Assembly: GCF_000150275.1 (NCBI RefSeq)
Contig: NW_002060965.1
Span: 248,001-312,000, forward strand
Length of the DNA stretch: 64,000 bases
Source: Trichoplax adhaerens
Taxonomy: Eukaryota > Animalia > Placozoa
Direction of reading: 5' to 3'
Positions 24,501 to 34,937 of this stretch are shown here, piece after piece; positions within the stretch are counted from its first letter, which is position 1; each line of letters starts with the position of its first letter. Below the pieces are notes generated by a model. It ran no database searches and was not told the DNA's origin. It saw only the letters and a list, made by a program, of their open reading frames with translations. The translations under genes and the position numbers were made by a program.

Positions 24501-25858
24501 ATAAATCCAATGCAATGGTAAGAATATGCCACATCCAGATCATAGCTTCCGAGAATGGCTATTCGTATATTAAGCGATTTTTTATGCATATCCAAAGCAT
24601 CAGAATAGAGCTTTTTCTTTTGATAAACTTGGCCAATACAACAGCATGAACTTGCAATCAATAGATTTTGGGGTCCTAGCATTTCTAAAGTAATAGCATA
24701 GGATTTTTGATAGAATGCTAGTGCATCACTAACTTGATTTTGTTTACGATAAATATTTCCTATAGCATGATAGAGCTCAGAAAGGTGCAAGTTATTATCC
24801 CCTAATATGCTGATCGTCATATTCAGAGACTTTTGATACATCGACATTGATTCCTGATAATTTTTCTGTGAATAAAGTATGTTTCCTATACCACGATATG
24901 AATTAGCAACATCTAGATTATGATCTCCTAATAATTTTAATCGAATGCGTAGCGACTTTTCGTACAACTCCATAGCATTATGGTAGCTATCTTGCTTCCA
25001 ATAGATTGTGCCAATACCATCATAGGAACTGGCTACTTCTAAGTTAACATCCCCCAATAGCCGTATTCTGATGTTGATGGCCTTATGATGCATAGAAAAG
25101 GCATCTTGAAACTTGCGTTGTGAAGTATAAACATCACCGATGCGATGATAAGTACTCGCTATATCTAATTCATTGCCATCTAAAGCTTCTAATCGCAACT
25201 TGAGGCATTGCTTATACATGGATAATGCATCATCGTATTTTGATTGCTCCCAGTAGGCACTTCCAATTCCATGGTAGGAATGAGCAATATCTAAATTTTT
25301 GTTTTTATAGTGAGATATTTTCGATTTGAGACTTAACGATTTTTCATACATTGATAATGCAGTATCATATTTAGCTTGCTTTAAAAAAATATTGCCTATA
25401 CGATGATAAGAATGAGCTATTTCTAGATCATTTTCTCCTAGTAATACAATTTTAATCTCAAGAGACTTATAGTACTCAGCCAGTGCTTCTTGATATTTAT
25501 TCTTCATTCTATAAATACGACCTTGGCAATCACAGCACTTAGCAGTACGAATTTTATCTTTCATTAGCTTGGCAATATCTGCCGCTTGCTGGCAGTAGTG
25601 ACTAGCATTGCTGTATTGTCGTTGCTCTGCATAAGTGCGAGATATATCGTTGTAGATATCACACATTAACTGTGGCTTGTTTGAAATTCGATTGCTAATT
25701 TTCTGCACAATATCTAATGCTTTTAGATAAGCCAGTCGTGCTAAGACATAGTGCCCTCTCTTAAAGTTTTCATGACCAATTTGGCGCAAAAGTTGGATTT
25801 GTCGATCCCTTGTCATCGCTGGAGTTGATTTAGCAAAATGGCTTAGCCCTGCACCCAT
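21572..25858 (-). CDS. Intronless TPR-repeat protein, 1428 aa, about 30 repeats of 42 aa, with predicted N-myristoylation (MGAGLS)
   Basis: A single 4.3-kb ORF made almost entirely of KLC/NPHP3-type TPR repeats (e.g. IAHSYHRIGNIFLKQAKYDTALSMYEKSLSLK). No NTPase or enzymatic domain is visible. Confidence 0.95.
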   Translation of the reverse strand: MGAGLSHFAKSTPAMTRDRQIQLLRQIGHENFKRGHYVLARLAYLKALDIVQKISNRISNKPQLMCDIYNDISRTYAEQRQYSNASHYCQQAADIAKLMKDKIRTAKCCDCQGRIYRMKNKYQEALAEYYKSLEIKIVLLGENDLEIAHSYHRIGNIFLKQAKYDTALSMYEKSLSLKSKISHYKNKNLDIAHSYHGIGSAYWEQSKYDDALSMYKQCLKLRLEALDGNELDIASTYHRIGDVYTSQRKFQDAFSMHHKAINIRIRLLGDVNLEVASSYDGIGTIYWKQDSYHNAMELYEKSLRIRLKLLGDHNLDVANSYRGIGNILYSQKNYQESMSMYQKSLNMTISILGDNNLHLSELYHAIGNIYRKQNQVSDALAFYQKSYAITLEMLGPQNLLIASSCCCIGQVYQKKKLYSDALDMHKKSLNIRIAILGSYDLDVAYSYHCIGFIYYVQFNYYKALEMYEKSLVISIRNLGDKGIEIADLYQEIADIYDALNNFDTASAKYEKSIQLATESLGNNHLQVAKLYQKGGNLHHKWNNYDGALLMFQKSLNISLEKLGINNINTAHLYRLIGDVYYSQNQNYCALPMYQKSLEIKLQLQESNDLATTEIHHKMGNIFYSQSKYNDALSHYHDALDMKLALMDDAHADIATLYHQIGDVYRKLDRYDEALVVYEKSLNLRLKLLETDNIVVANLYQGIANIFWQRDEYDTALENYQKALNYKLDILGENHLDVSNLFHRIGDIYYSQTLYAKALSMYRQSLNIKRVNLGEENLEVAQVYNSIGYVLWRQDKYEDALPMYQQSLDLHIHLLGHTDHIEIANSYHGLGHVYYYQRKDEQALAMYQKSLSMRKRLLGEKHCDIADSYHYIAHIHNSQLQFDDALSMYHKSLDITIEISGDHNLGVASTYMGIGDIHYHQGKYSSALEMYEKSLNICMQLLGSHNMDVAGAYHSIGNVYCSQAKYNLALSMYQKSLDITIDIMGMNNLNSANSYHGIGNVYMEQDLYQDALVMYQKSYDIKIKLFGDHNLHIASSYHGIGNVYYSQENYNDSMAMYEKSFQLTTDILGKENPYAAYSYYRIGKVLYKQDQFKEALFNYEKALHIRLAITGENHLEIGSLYCDIGNIYWKQDLLNDALLTYQKSLNVTLNTIDYDSLHVSRIYRNFGKVYCKQGKYESALEMYKKCIDIPLKLLGDNNLLVANAFEGIGDVYAQQNLYDDALNKYNQSLEIRLQVLGDSNLRVASSYYHIAHIYSQQNRYRDALKFYKKCQAMTRNILGDIHLYVADSYHGIGEVYFAQNKLEYAVSMFNQSLKTRQAKLSSNNIKICESYYGIADVYLAQCKYEEASTLYQKSLKIALRNFARNHPLITALYNKLSKAFEKQRKYVKASVLRLAFSSHGKVILDKKIMQELTAPTSIKYDGDYQGNLT

Positions 25859-28800
25859 GATGAAATGCCTAAAGTTTTAACTACAACTATAATAGTAATT
25901 ATGATAATTTTATTTTAGATTCATTAAAATTACGGATTTCATTTATTAAAATTTGTGATAGGAATAGTTTTTAAGTAAAGAAATTTAACTACGACAATGA
26001 CTAATAAAAACTAAATAACTAAATGTTATCGAACTTAATGTATTATTCCAATAAATTACTAAATTTTTTACATGTCTATGCCATAAACACCCTAATTTTA
26101 TTTATAAAAATTATAATAAAGCATATATCTTACCTCAATTATTTTAAGTTCAATTTCAAGATGCTAAAATTTCTATCTTATTTCATAACTATTTATTGAG
26201 AATAAAAGGAATAAAGGTCTTATCGTCTGCTATATGGAGGTGATTGTCTGGCTTTTCCTAGCGGAGTAATCAATCATTATTAATCAAATATGCTGTACAG
26301 AATTATTTATGAATGATAAAATTCGTTTGTTTCAATATGGTACAATAAATTATTAAAATCTAGAAAGTTTCTACTGAAAAATTGTTCTAGATCTATGCAA
26401 TATTTTTAAATTTGAAACCTCTTATTTCCTATTATTTTACTTATAGAACGATGTAAATCTCTAGAAAAATTATCATTGATTTACAATGCAAACATTTGCA
26501 GGATAGAATACATTTGAATTGCTTCAGTATGTGATGATAATTTCGCCGCATGATGCCTTGCAGGATTTAAATCAGCGCATACCGGGTCTTAGAAGATATC
26601 GGGAGTTAAAGAATCGACTTCTATTATCCTTTCTCCAGTATGTTTCAGTAGCATTCAATGCTTAAGCTTGCAATCCGTTAATACGCATTTTAGAAGGTTT
26701 TATGTAGTCCAAATACGTAATTGAAATGTTTGGCTTGATATTAAAGTAGTATGATACCGGTTGCTTCTACAATGTAATAGTTACAGTATAAAATCTTGAA
26801 TCAGAGTCTAAAATGGTGCCTTGAAAATTATTCACCCAAAATCAGTTAGAGAAGATTACATTTTAAGCTCGAGCCACAAATGTGTGGCCCTATAAATGGT
26901 TTTCTTTTAAATGTATAATATCTCTATTATTTCGATGTAGGCTCTATCTCGGATTCTATGAATAGTTTATGAAACTGATTGAGTAAGCAATGTTTACATT
27001 AAAAGCAGTATATAATTAATATGCAAAACTTTTTTTGTTTTTCTATCATTATAATTACGCAATCAAGTGAAACTTGATTCCACCTTTGCCTACAAAAATT
27101 AATAAAGTGTAAATACTATGTAAATTATTTATGACTAACATAAATGAATTAAAATCGAAATTGTGTTTAGTTAGACGTATTATTGCTACAATATCAGATT
27201 AAAATATTTCCATTAATTTCACCGGCATTTAAGGTGGATTATAACGTCAGTAATCGCATAAGAATCTGTGATAGAAATAAAATTTGTAGACTTTAATTTG
27301 TGCATTTACAATTGGAAGGACTAAACCAATATAAAATTGTTTTATATTAGGCTACGCCATCTTTGCAAGGTATCCGTACGATAGTTCTATCGATTTAATT
27401 CCTTACATTATTATTAACCAAGTCTTTTATCAACTTCTTTTATGATATTGAAATCTTACTAGTTTTTCATTTTATATCGGTTACGGTTCGGTACTTAAAG
27501 TATAGGATTTGTAAGTTTAAATGATGCTCCTATTTCGCTGATCGAATCACATCTTTAATACCTGGAATTGGTTGCAGTTAGTAAACTGTAAAGAAATCAA
27601 CTTGAAGTTTCATCGGTATAAAATTACTCAGTTCATGCTTTCTACTTTTCCAGCGCTTAGATACTGAAAATGTCATCATGAAATTTATCAAGAAATTTGT
27701 TATTATTAATGTTTTAATTTTAATTATATTGTAAGTAAATATACCTCATTAATTTCTTACAGTATTACCACTAAATAATTTATACTCCAATTAAAATGCA
27801 ATAATGGCAATTTTTGTATTCGATTATGAACTATAAGATCCTTCGATCATATTACTTTGTAAAGTCTGATATCAGTTTTCGGAATAAACACAAAGCGAAT
27901 ATTATACAAAGTTATATGAATAACCGCTACTAAGCCATTATAATTATTTCAAGATATCTTTAATTGCAACAAATTGTAGAATATATTTCAGTTTTATTAT
28001 TAAATGAAGGAAATCATTCCTTTTTCATACAGTATTTCAATTCAACGTATTTTTGTGCATTTTACTGGTGCATGGGAGACTGTAATGCGCTGTATTGCAT
28101 TTGATACCTAATATTCTGCTTAATTGTATTAATACTCACGATATAATTATCATGGTTTGCATTCTTAGCTTACTCTTATAACTGACTTCATTGTTACAAA
28201 ATGCAAAGATTAAGACTTACCATACGGTACTATTTTAGGTTAATTTAATATGGCGAGAAACTTGAGCTGGTTTGTCCATGTGTTAGAGCTACTGTTTAAT
28301 TCATTAGTTAATTAATTCTCTAGGAGTCTTTGTGTGGTTGTATTATTTGGAACATTAATCGAACCACAAAATCATTACAGAAAGCTATGTATTCGAATTA
28401 AAAATTGATTGCATAGTACAGTTAGTGAATATATTTCTCAATTTCTTTTAAAGAATCGTCATTAACTTTTACGTTTAGATTGCATGCCATCAGTTACATT
28501 ATTAATTGTTCTCTACTTTGCTGTAATCATCCACACAGAAGAAATCTTTTTTTTATCTTCAAGCAGTTAATTAGCTTCTACCGGACTTCATCCGATAATT
28601 ACCTTTATTACCTGTTCTCTACTTGCTTGTAATCATTTAAACGGAACGAATTTTTTCATTGCCTTAACGTTGATTAGTGAATGTATTAGAAATGAATTAG
28701 CTACGATTTAAGATATCTGAATATTGAGCATTTAATCCCATTAAAGGAGTTAATTGTAACGCATTTGTATTTATCAATAGATATAAGGACATGCCTTTGT

Positions 28801-29896
28801 CAATTTAGCAGTTCCACGGAGGGAAATTTACTTGAACTCATAAATGCTAAATAGTATTTTAATGTATGATTCAACTAATTTTCCTGTTGACCCGACATGG
28901 GTTATTGAGAAAAATAAAAAACATTTCATTTTTTATCGAATAATAGAGAAATTTAAATATATAATTATAGTGTTCATAGTTGTGCGTAAACGCGTAAGAA
29001 CTAGAACATTTACTAGATAAAGGCATTAGATGACTAGCTAGGAAAGAAGGCCTTACTCCTAAATTAGTCAGTTGTGAATTTTATACCCTCGAGAGGAAAG
29101 AGATGGCTACTTGCAGTAAAAAATTGATCTCACAGAAGTATAAAGCTTATACAGATTTCCTTTGTCTCCTCAATGAAGGAGATAAAAATAGCTGCAGCAG
29201 GATTAAACCTATGCCAATTCATACGGTAGCATTTTTACAAGCACTGACTCATATTTCTGAACATACAGTACTATTTAAATGTTACTACCATTAGCAAGTA
29301 AGATTTTGATATAAGACCTTAAAACTCAATGGAGCATCCACTTAACATAGTATAGACAAGATAAGCACTATATTAGAACTTTTGTGGCTACACAATTTCA
29401 ATTAATTTTCAAGGTATTTGCTACTTTTTCTCAGTAGCCGGTGATTGTTATTATTCTAATTAGATGAAACATCAAAACACTTATTTGATGAACACATAGC
29501 TTTTACTCTTGCAAGCGTTGTATTTACAAATTGATCTTCCATCACTAAGTGTCTAAAATAGTTATGCTGCACCCTACAGGATAACGCCGTGATAGCTTCA
29601 AGGAGATCTGAGACCAAACACAGCTCGTAAATATTATCCATAGAATTCTGCGATAACCATAAACATCCTAAAACAGTACCTATGCAAATATTGTACTGCT
29701 TTATTTAGATGTACGTTAACATACTATAGTCACTAGACGGCAAAGACAAATTCTAATCCTATACAGTCATCTGCTGACAACTTTAACTGCTTGCAATTAT
29801 AAGATGAATTTTACAAGTCTGTGGCTCATTCAATTTCAAGGTTTGGATTAGATATTTTTATTATCGTTTTTGACCTCCTCGCATTTAACCTTAAAA

Positions 29897-31394
29897 TCAT
29901 AATCCACTCTTAGCTTGCATTTCTTTTATCAAGTCCGGTACTATAGTAGCTTCTTCCATATTTTCTACTGTCATGTAGTAATTTGCTATTGTCTTATATC
30001 AATTAATTATCTTGGTAGAATCCTCATTGGCATAATGGCTGTATATCTCTAAAGAGGATTGCAACTCCGACAGAACATCACTATATTTCTATTGGAAACA
30101 GTAGCCAGTCGTTAAGTAATCGTAGGCATCAGCATGCACTAAAGTACATCCTTTTGAGCACTCACAAGAACAATTTGGCATTAAATGCTGCTATCGCATC
30201 AAGTTTTTTCATGCCAAAATAATTACAGCCAAAAGCATCATAATAATCTAATAATCCCGCACTAACCATTAACTGTATCTTCTTAAAATATTTATCTAAT
30301 GTCTAGTTCATTTTCTAGTAACTCTGCAGTACTATCGTAATTATTGTTAGCCACAGCGACCAAGCCCAGGGACAGATATAGCGTAGCAAAATCCCTGTCT
30401 TATTCTTCTGAATTTACTTGACCAATTTCTAGCTATTTTGGAATACTGCTTTGGCCTGTTCTGACTCTTCCATTGACATATAAGTCTTTCCAATGTCATG
30501 ATAAGCATCTACAACTGATAAATCAGGGTCTTTGAGTGGTGGCGGTTGCAATGATTTCAGTTAAATGTAGTAGTACAGTAGGGTGACTAATAGGAAGAAA
30601 CAGTGCACTTGTACTGTTTCGAGTAAAGACTGGGATTCTCCAGTTAATGCCGTATCTGATAGCCAAATATAAAATTTGGGTTTACGTAGGCGAACCAATA
30701 GTAATAGCAGGAGACCATCACTGGGTACGAAATCAAAGGAAGCTTTTACTTCATTTAACTTTTCTACTTCTAAATATTGTCTATCCAAACGAAAATGTAT
30801 CTCAGCAACCTTATCATATTTTTTCCAAAATGCTTTATGAAGATATTAAGCACTTCTCATAAGTAAAAATAGCTAATTCATTTTCATCCAAGCCTTCATG
30901 GCTTACACCTAGTTCAAAATAAGTGTCACACTGCTTGAACTATCCACAGCATAAATGTAGCCCTAATTTCTTGGGCTTTCTTGTACACCTTTATAGCTTC
31001 TTCGTAATCATGCAAATAATATAAATTGCCAATCTTACATTAGAGTTTTCCTAATGACTATAAATAGTTACAAACTGAAATTATACATTAGCGACTTGTA
31101 AACAATTTTCGTCCTGTTTTGCTAATCAAATCTTAAGAATCTATTCTAGAAGTGATTTGGCTGCATGTAGTCGCCTTCATTCATTCAAATGCTTGCTAGA
31201 TTCATATAAGAATGAGCAATAGGTATATTATTTTCTGCAACGACACTTATTTTTACGTTCAGACTTTTCTCATATTTTTCCTAGGCGTCGCTATCTTTTC
31301 CTTGTAGCATCTAATATCTCCGATTGAATCATATAGCGACGCAATAGATTAATTTTGATCTCCTAATACTTTTAATCGCATATTTAGAGCAGTA
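29897..31394 (-). pseudogene. 5'-truncated, decayed duplicate of the 32766-34937 TPR gene
   Basis: Nucleotide collinearity with the intact gene (31323-31394 vs 34261-34332; 30841-30943 vs 33561-33664). Translations such as QVNSEE*DRDFATLYLSLGLVAVANNNYDSTAELLE vs QANSEEENVDYAQLYLWMGFVAVAKNHNDRATELLV, and the end EMQAKSGL* vs LLEAKSGISFEE*. Many stops and indels. Confidence 0.88.
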
Positions 31395-31400
31395 CGTAAT

Positions 31401-31640
31401 TGTCACAAATTTGTCTTTGTGATCGACTGAACTAATTTACTAGCTACTTAACGAGTTCCTACTAACTGAGGAGGTAAAGCAATACTGCAAATTAGACTGA
31501 CTACAGCCTCACAAGTACTATAAACAGCTAGAAGTTTGTGTAGCTTTTTAATAGTCATTATTCTAAGTGTATGCAAAAAGTATGAAACTTCGTGTACAAC
31601 TAGGAGATAGTAACTGAGCAATTAAAACGTTACATTATCA
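31401..31640 (-). mobile_element. Truncated LTR-like fragment (related to family E) at the pseudogene breakpoint
   Basis: Starts TGTCACAAATTTGTCTTTGTGA (terminal hairpin). Its reverse complement resembles the 3' part of LTR E (GTTAGT.AGGAAC..TTAAG...TTAGTTCAG). No second end or TSD was found. Confidence 0.45.
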
Positions 31641-31880
31641 GTAGTTTAATATGATAAGACTGACTATTAATAAGCTATTTTTTTTAATTAGTATTTTAAT
31701 TAATAGTATAAGTGTTCGTTAGTAGCACGTAATATGTAGTGACTATTAGTAATTTAGTATGGTGCAATATTAACAAACATTTTTATATTTAACCAATAGT
31801 CTAAGTGTTCGTTACGAGCTTAAAATATTTAGTGTTATCAGTAATTTAATATGATGGAATCTTCATAAGGCATTCTATAG
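31630..31880. repeat. Degenerate tandem repeat, ~95-105 bp period, 2-3 copies
   Basis: AATAGT.TAAGTGTTCGTTA at 31702 and 31795. TTATCAGTA.TTTAATATGAT-like blocks at ~31635, 31744 and 31835. Confidence 0.55.
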
Positions 31881-32294
31881 CTGTAGATTTACTTTATTCA
31901 TTGCGACTGTAATCAAAGATGCATCTTTGCAAACTTCAAATTCAATATTTTTAATAAACAAGAATTTTCTAAGAACTTTTAAATACATCCGCAGTAACTT
32001 ACTATTTAACTTGTTTTAATTATACCAAAAATCTGTGATTATTGAAGAAGCGATTCAAGATTAGCTGGTCTCGAAAGTGTTCTCACTGCACGTCTATGGT
32101 TTTCTTATAAGCCTTCATTATTGAAAAGAAAGCCCTTATGGATGTACTGTACTACTCTATTCCATATGCATAGACACAACAAAGTCACTAGATCATTAAC
32201 AAAATCTCAACACCCTAAATTATCGATTGGTAACTTCAGTAAGGTGCAATGATAAACTAAAATTTGAAGATAAAATTTACCCTATAGTTAACTC

Positions 32295-32710
32295 TGTAAT
32301 GATATCTTCTTTAAGTAGCGTAAAGTATTTTAAGGTAGACGATGATAGAAGGTATAAAGGATTTTATTGAGATACAAGTTACAGGCTAACAATGATATGG
32401 TTGTTATAGATAAGGTATTTGAGATAGCAGGAATGTAGGAACTGACTAACGAGTTAGCGTACAGGGGTATTTATAGGTTTTAGATGGGATTGAGATAAAG
32501 TCTTTATATGTATAGCATGTCGTCTATATGTAGTCATGATGTCGTACATTATGAATGTAATACAATACAGTACTTAAACGGTATATGATAAGTATTCGTA
32601 TATTAGGATATTACTATACTAGGCATCTTCTATATAAGATCATAATGTTACAAACTCTATTGCACTTACTGTATTATGTGAAATACAATGATAGCATAAG
32701 AATCATAACA
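32295..32710 (-). mobile_element. Solo LTR family F (416 bp) in the 3' flank of a TPR gene
   Basis: Termini TGTAATGAT...ATCATAACA. Perfect TSD AACTC at 32290-32294 and 32711-32715. Minus-strand TATAAATA (32468-32475) and AATAAA (32363-32368). Confidence 0.78.
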
Positions 32711-32765
32711 AACTCTCCTTTAAGGATTAGAATAAAATTTTGTAATGGTAATTATGATCTTTCTG

Positions 32766-34937
32766 TTATTCTTCAAAAGATATTCCACTTTTAGCTTCCA
32801 ACAGTTTTAAAAAGCTCCGCACTTTATTAGCTTCTTCAACATTGTTCAATTCTAAGTGGCATTTTGCCATGGTCCTGTAGGTATTAATTACCTTCAGTGG
32901 ATCATCATTTATATAACGCCAGTTTATTTTGAAGGCTAATTGCAGCTCGGATAGAGCATCGCTGTACCTATGCTGTTGATAGTATGCAGTTGCAAGATGA
33001 TTGTAAATATCAGCAGCTTTTAGTGTATCAACGTTTTCATTAGAAATAAGAACATCTTTTGCTTTATTAAACGCTGTAATTGCAGCATCCCATTTCTCTA
33101 ACGCGGCATAATTGCAGCCGATAGTATCGTAAAAAAGAAATAATTCTTCTCCACAGGGATCGCTTTCCAAAACATTCAACATAATGTCTAATCCTTTCAC
33201 TAGCAGCTCTGTAGCCCTATCGTTATGATTTTTAGCTACAGCAACAAAGCCCATCCACAGATAGAGTTGAGCATAATCTACGTTTTCTTCTTCTGAATTT
33301 GCTTGACGAATATCTAACTCTTTTTGAAAGAATTTATCAGCCCTTTTTGTATCCTTTAATGCCAAATGAGCCATTCCGATTCCATGATAAACTTCTGCTA
33401 GTTGTAAATTATCGTCTCCCAATAACATGAGTCGAGTAGTTAGAGCACTTTCAAACGAAATCAAGGCTTCATTTTGCTTTTTTATTTCTAAATAAACCTT
33501 CCCCAATCGGTAATAGGTCTCTGCAACCTTTTCATGATCTTTTCCGAAATGCATTATTAAGATTTTAAGACACTTCTCATAATTAGAAATAGCTAATCCA
33601 TTTTTATCCAAGCTTTCATAGCTAGCACCTATTTCAAAGTAAGTCTCACCCACACTCGGGCTATTTTCGCCATATAATTCAGCCCGAATTTCTAGAGCAT
33701 TTCTATACATCTTTATAGCTTCTTCATAATCATCTAGTGAAAAATAATAATCGCCAATAGTATGATAGCAAACAGCTACATATGTATGTTTATCTCCTAA
33801 AACTTCTTTTCTGAGATTTATGGCTTTATATAATAGCTCTTTTGCAGTATCGACTCTATCCTGATCGATCAAATTCGTTCCCATATCTAGATATATATCA
33901 GCTAGATTCACACTCTTTTCTCCGGCAATATTTTTTCTAATTTCTAAGGCTTTCTTGTACAAAGTTTCTGCTTCATCAAAATCATCCTCATGACGACAAA
34001 TTATTGCAAATTGAAAATATATATCCCCGACTTGTAAACTATTTTCGCCCCATTTAGCTAATCGAATCTTAAGAGCCTTTTCTAGAAGTGATTTTGCTTC
34101 ATCATAGTTGCCTTCATTCACTCGAACGCAAGATAGACGCATATAAGAATCGGTAATATGTATATCATTATCTCCAACGATACTTATTCTCATGCTCAGA
34201 CTTTTCTCATATATTTCCAAGGCCTCGCTGAATTTTCCTTGCTTACACTTAATGTCTCCAATTGAATCATATAGTGATGCAATAGATAAATCTTGATCTC
34301 CTAATATTTTTAACCGTATATTTAGAGCAGTATCTAGGTTTGATAAGGCTTCATCGATTCGTTGATATTCAGCATATAGTAAACCAATACGCGAATAAGA
34401 ATCAGCAACTTGTATATGGTTCTCCCCTAATTCTGTTAACCTAATTTTTAGCGCTTTCTCGTTGTACTCTATAGACTCTTTAACGAAACTGTAGCAACTA
34501 TACACATCACCAATGCCTTCATAAGTATCTGCAATTTCAGTTGTATTATCTCCAGTCGCTTGTAGTTTTAAATTAATTGCGGTTTTATAACTGTCTATAG
34601 CTTCTTGAAATTGATACTTCATGTTTTCCGTAAATCCTCGATTATCGAAACATTTAGCTATCCTTATGTCATCTTTTAAAGTCTTTGCAATTTCTTCTGC
34701 TCGATTACATAAATCAAAAGCTTGTTCGTAACGATATTGCCATGTATAGCAAACAGCAGAATCAAGAAGTAAATCGCAAAGGAGCTTATTTCGATCGTCT
34801 AACTGGTCAGTGATTGTTTGAAGTTTAGTTAATGCATCATGAAAACAAGCTAAAGCCTGATCATCCAGCTCTTTATATACTAGTAATAGTCCTTTTTGTC
34901 GTTGTCCTTGAATATCTTGAATTTTAGAGCTATCCAT
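32766..34937 (-). CDS. Intronless TPR-repeat protein, 723 aa (MDSSKIQ...), acidic
   Basis: Uninterrupted ORF with about 14-15 repeats of 42 aa. The ORF-track start at 34970 is a TTG; the first ATG is at 34937 and aligns with the paralog start MDVIPK. Confidence 0.93.
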   Translation of the reverse strand: MDSSKIQDIQGQRQKGLLLVYKELDDQALACFHDALTKLQTITDQLDDRNKLLCDLLLDSAVCYTWQYRYEQAFDLCNRAEEIAKTLKDDIRIAKCFDNRGFTENMKYQFQEAIDSYKTAINLKLQATGDNTTEIADTYEGIGDVYSCYSFVKESIEYNEKALKIRLTELGENHIQVADSYSRIGLLYAEYQRIDEALSNLDTALNIRLKILGDQDLSIASLYDSIGDIKCKQGKFSEALEIYEKSLSMRISIVGDNDIHITDSYMRLSCVRVNEGNYDEAKSLLEKALKIRLAKWGENSLQVGDIYFQFAIICRHEDDFDEAETLYKKALEIRKNIAGEKSVNLADIYLDMGTNLIDQDRVDTAKELLYKAINLRKEVLGDKHTYVAVCYHTIGDYYFSLDDYEEAIKMYRNALEIRAELYGENSPSVGETYFEIGASYESLDKNGLAISNYEKCLKILIMHFGKDHEKVAETYYRLGKVYLEIKKQNEALISFESALTTRLMLLGDDNLQLAEVYHGIGMAHLALKDTKRADKFFQKELDIRQANSEEENVDYAQLYLWMGFVAVAKNHNDRATELLVKGLDIMLNVLESDPCGEELFLFYDTIGCNYAALEKWDAAITAFNKAKDVLISNENVDTLKAADIYNHLATAYYQQHRYSDALSELQLAFKINWRYINDDPLKVINTYRTMAKCHLELNNVEEANKVRSFLKLLEAKSGISFEE

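Noticed and set aside
21572-25858. Assigning NPHP3 or KLC gene symbols to the TPR genes
   Set aside because: They lack the NPHP3 coiled-coil/NTPase region and the KLC heptad region; the similarity is limited to repeat type.
27900-28500. Hydrophobic fragments reminiscent of a decayed GPCR (NRY*AII; LSWFVHVLELLFNSL); similar hints at 44800-45350
   Set aside because: Motifs are short and scattered across frames, as expected by chance in AT-rich DNA. A tBLASTn/HMM hit would be needed.
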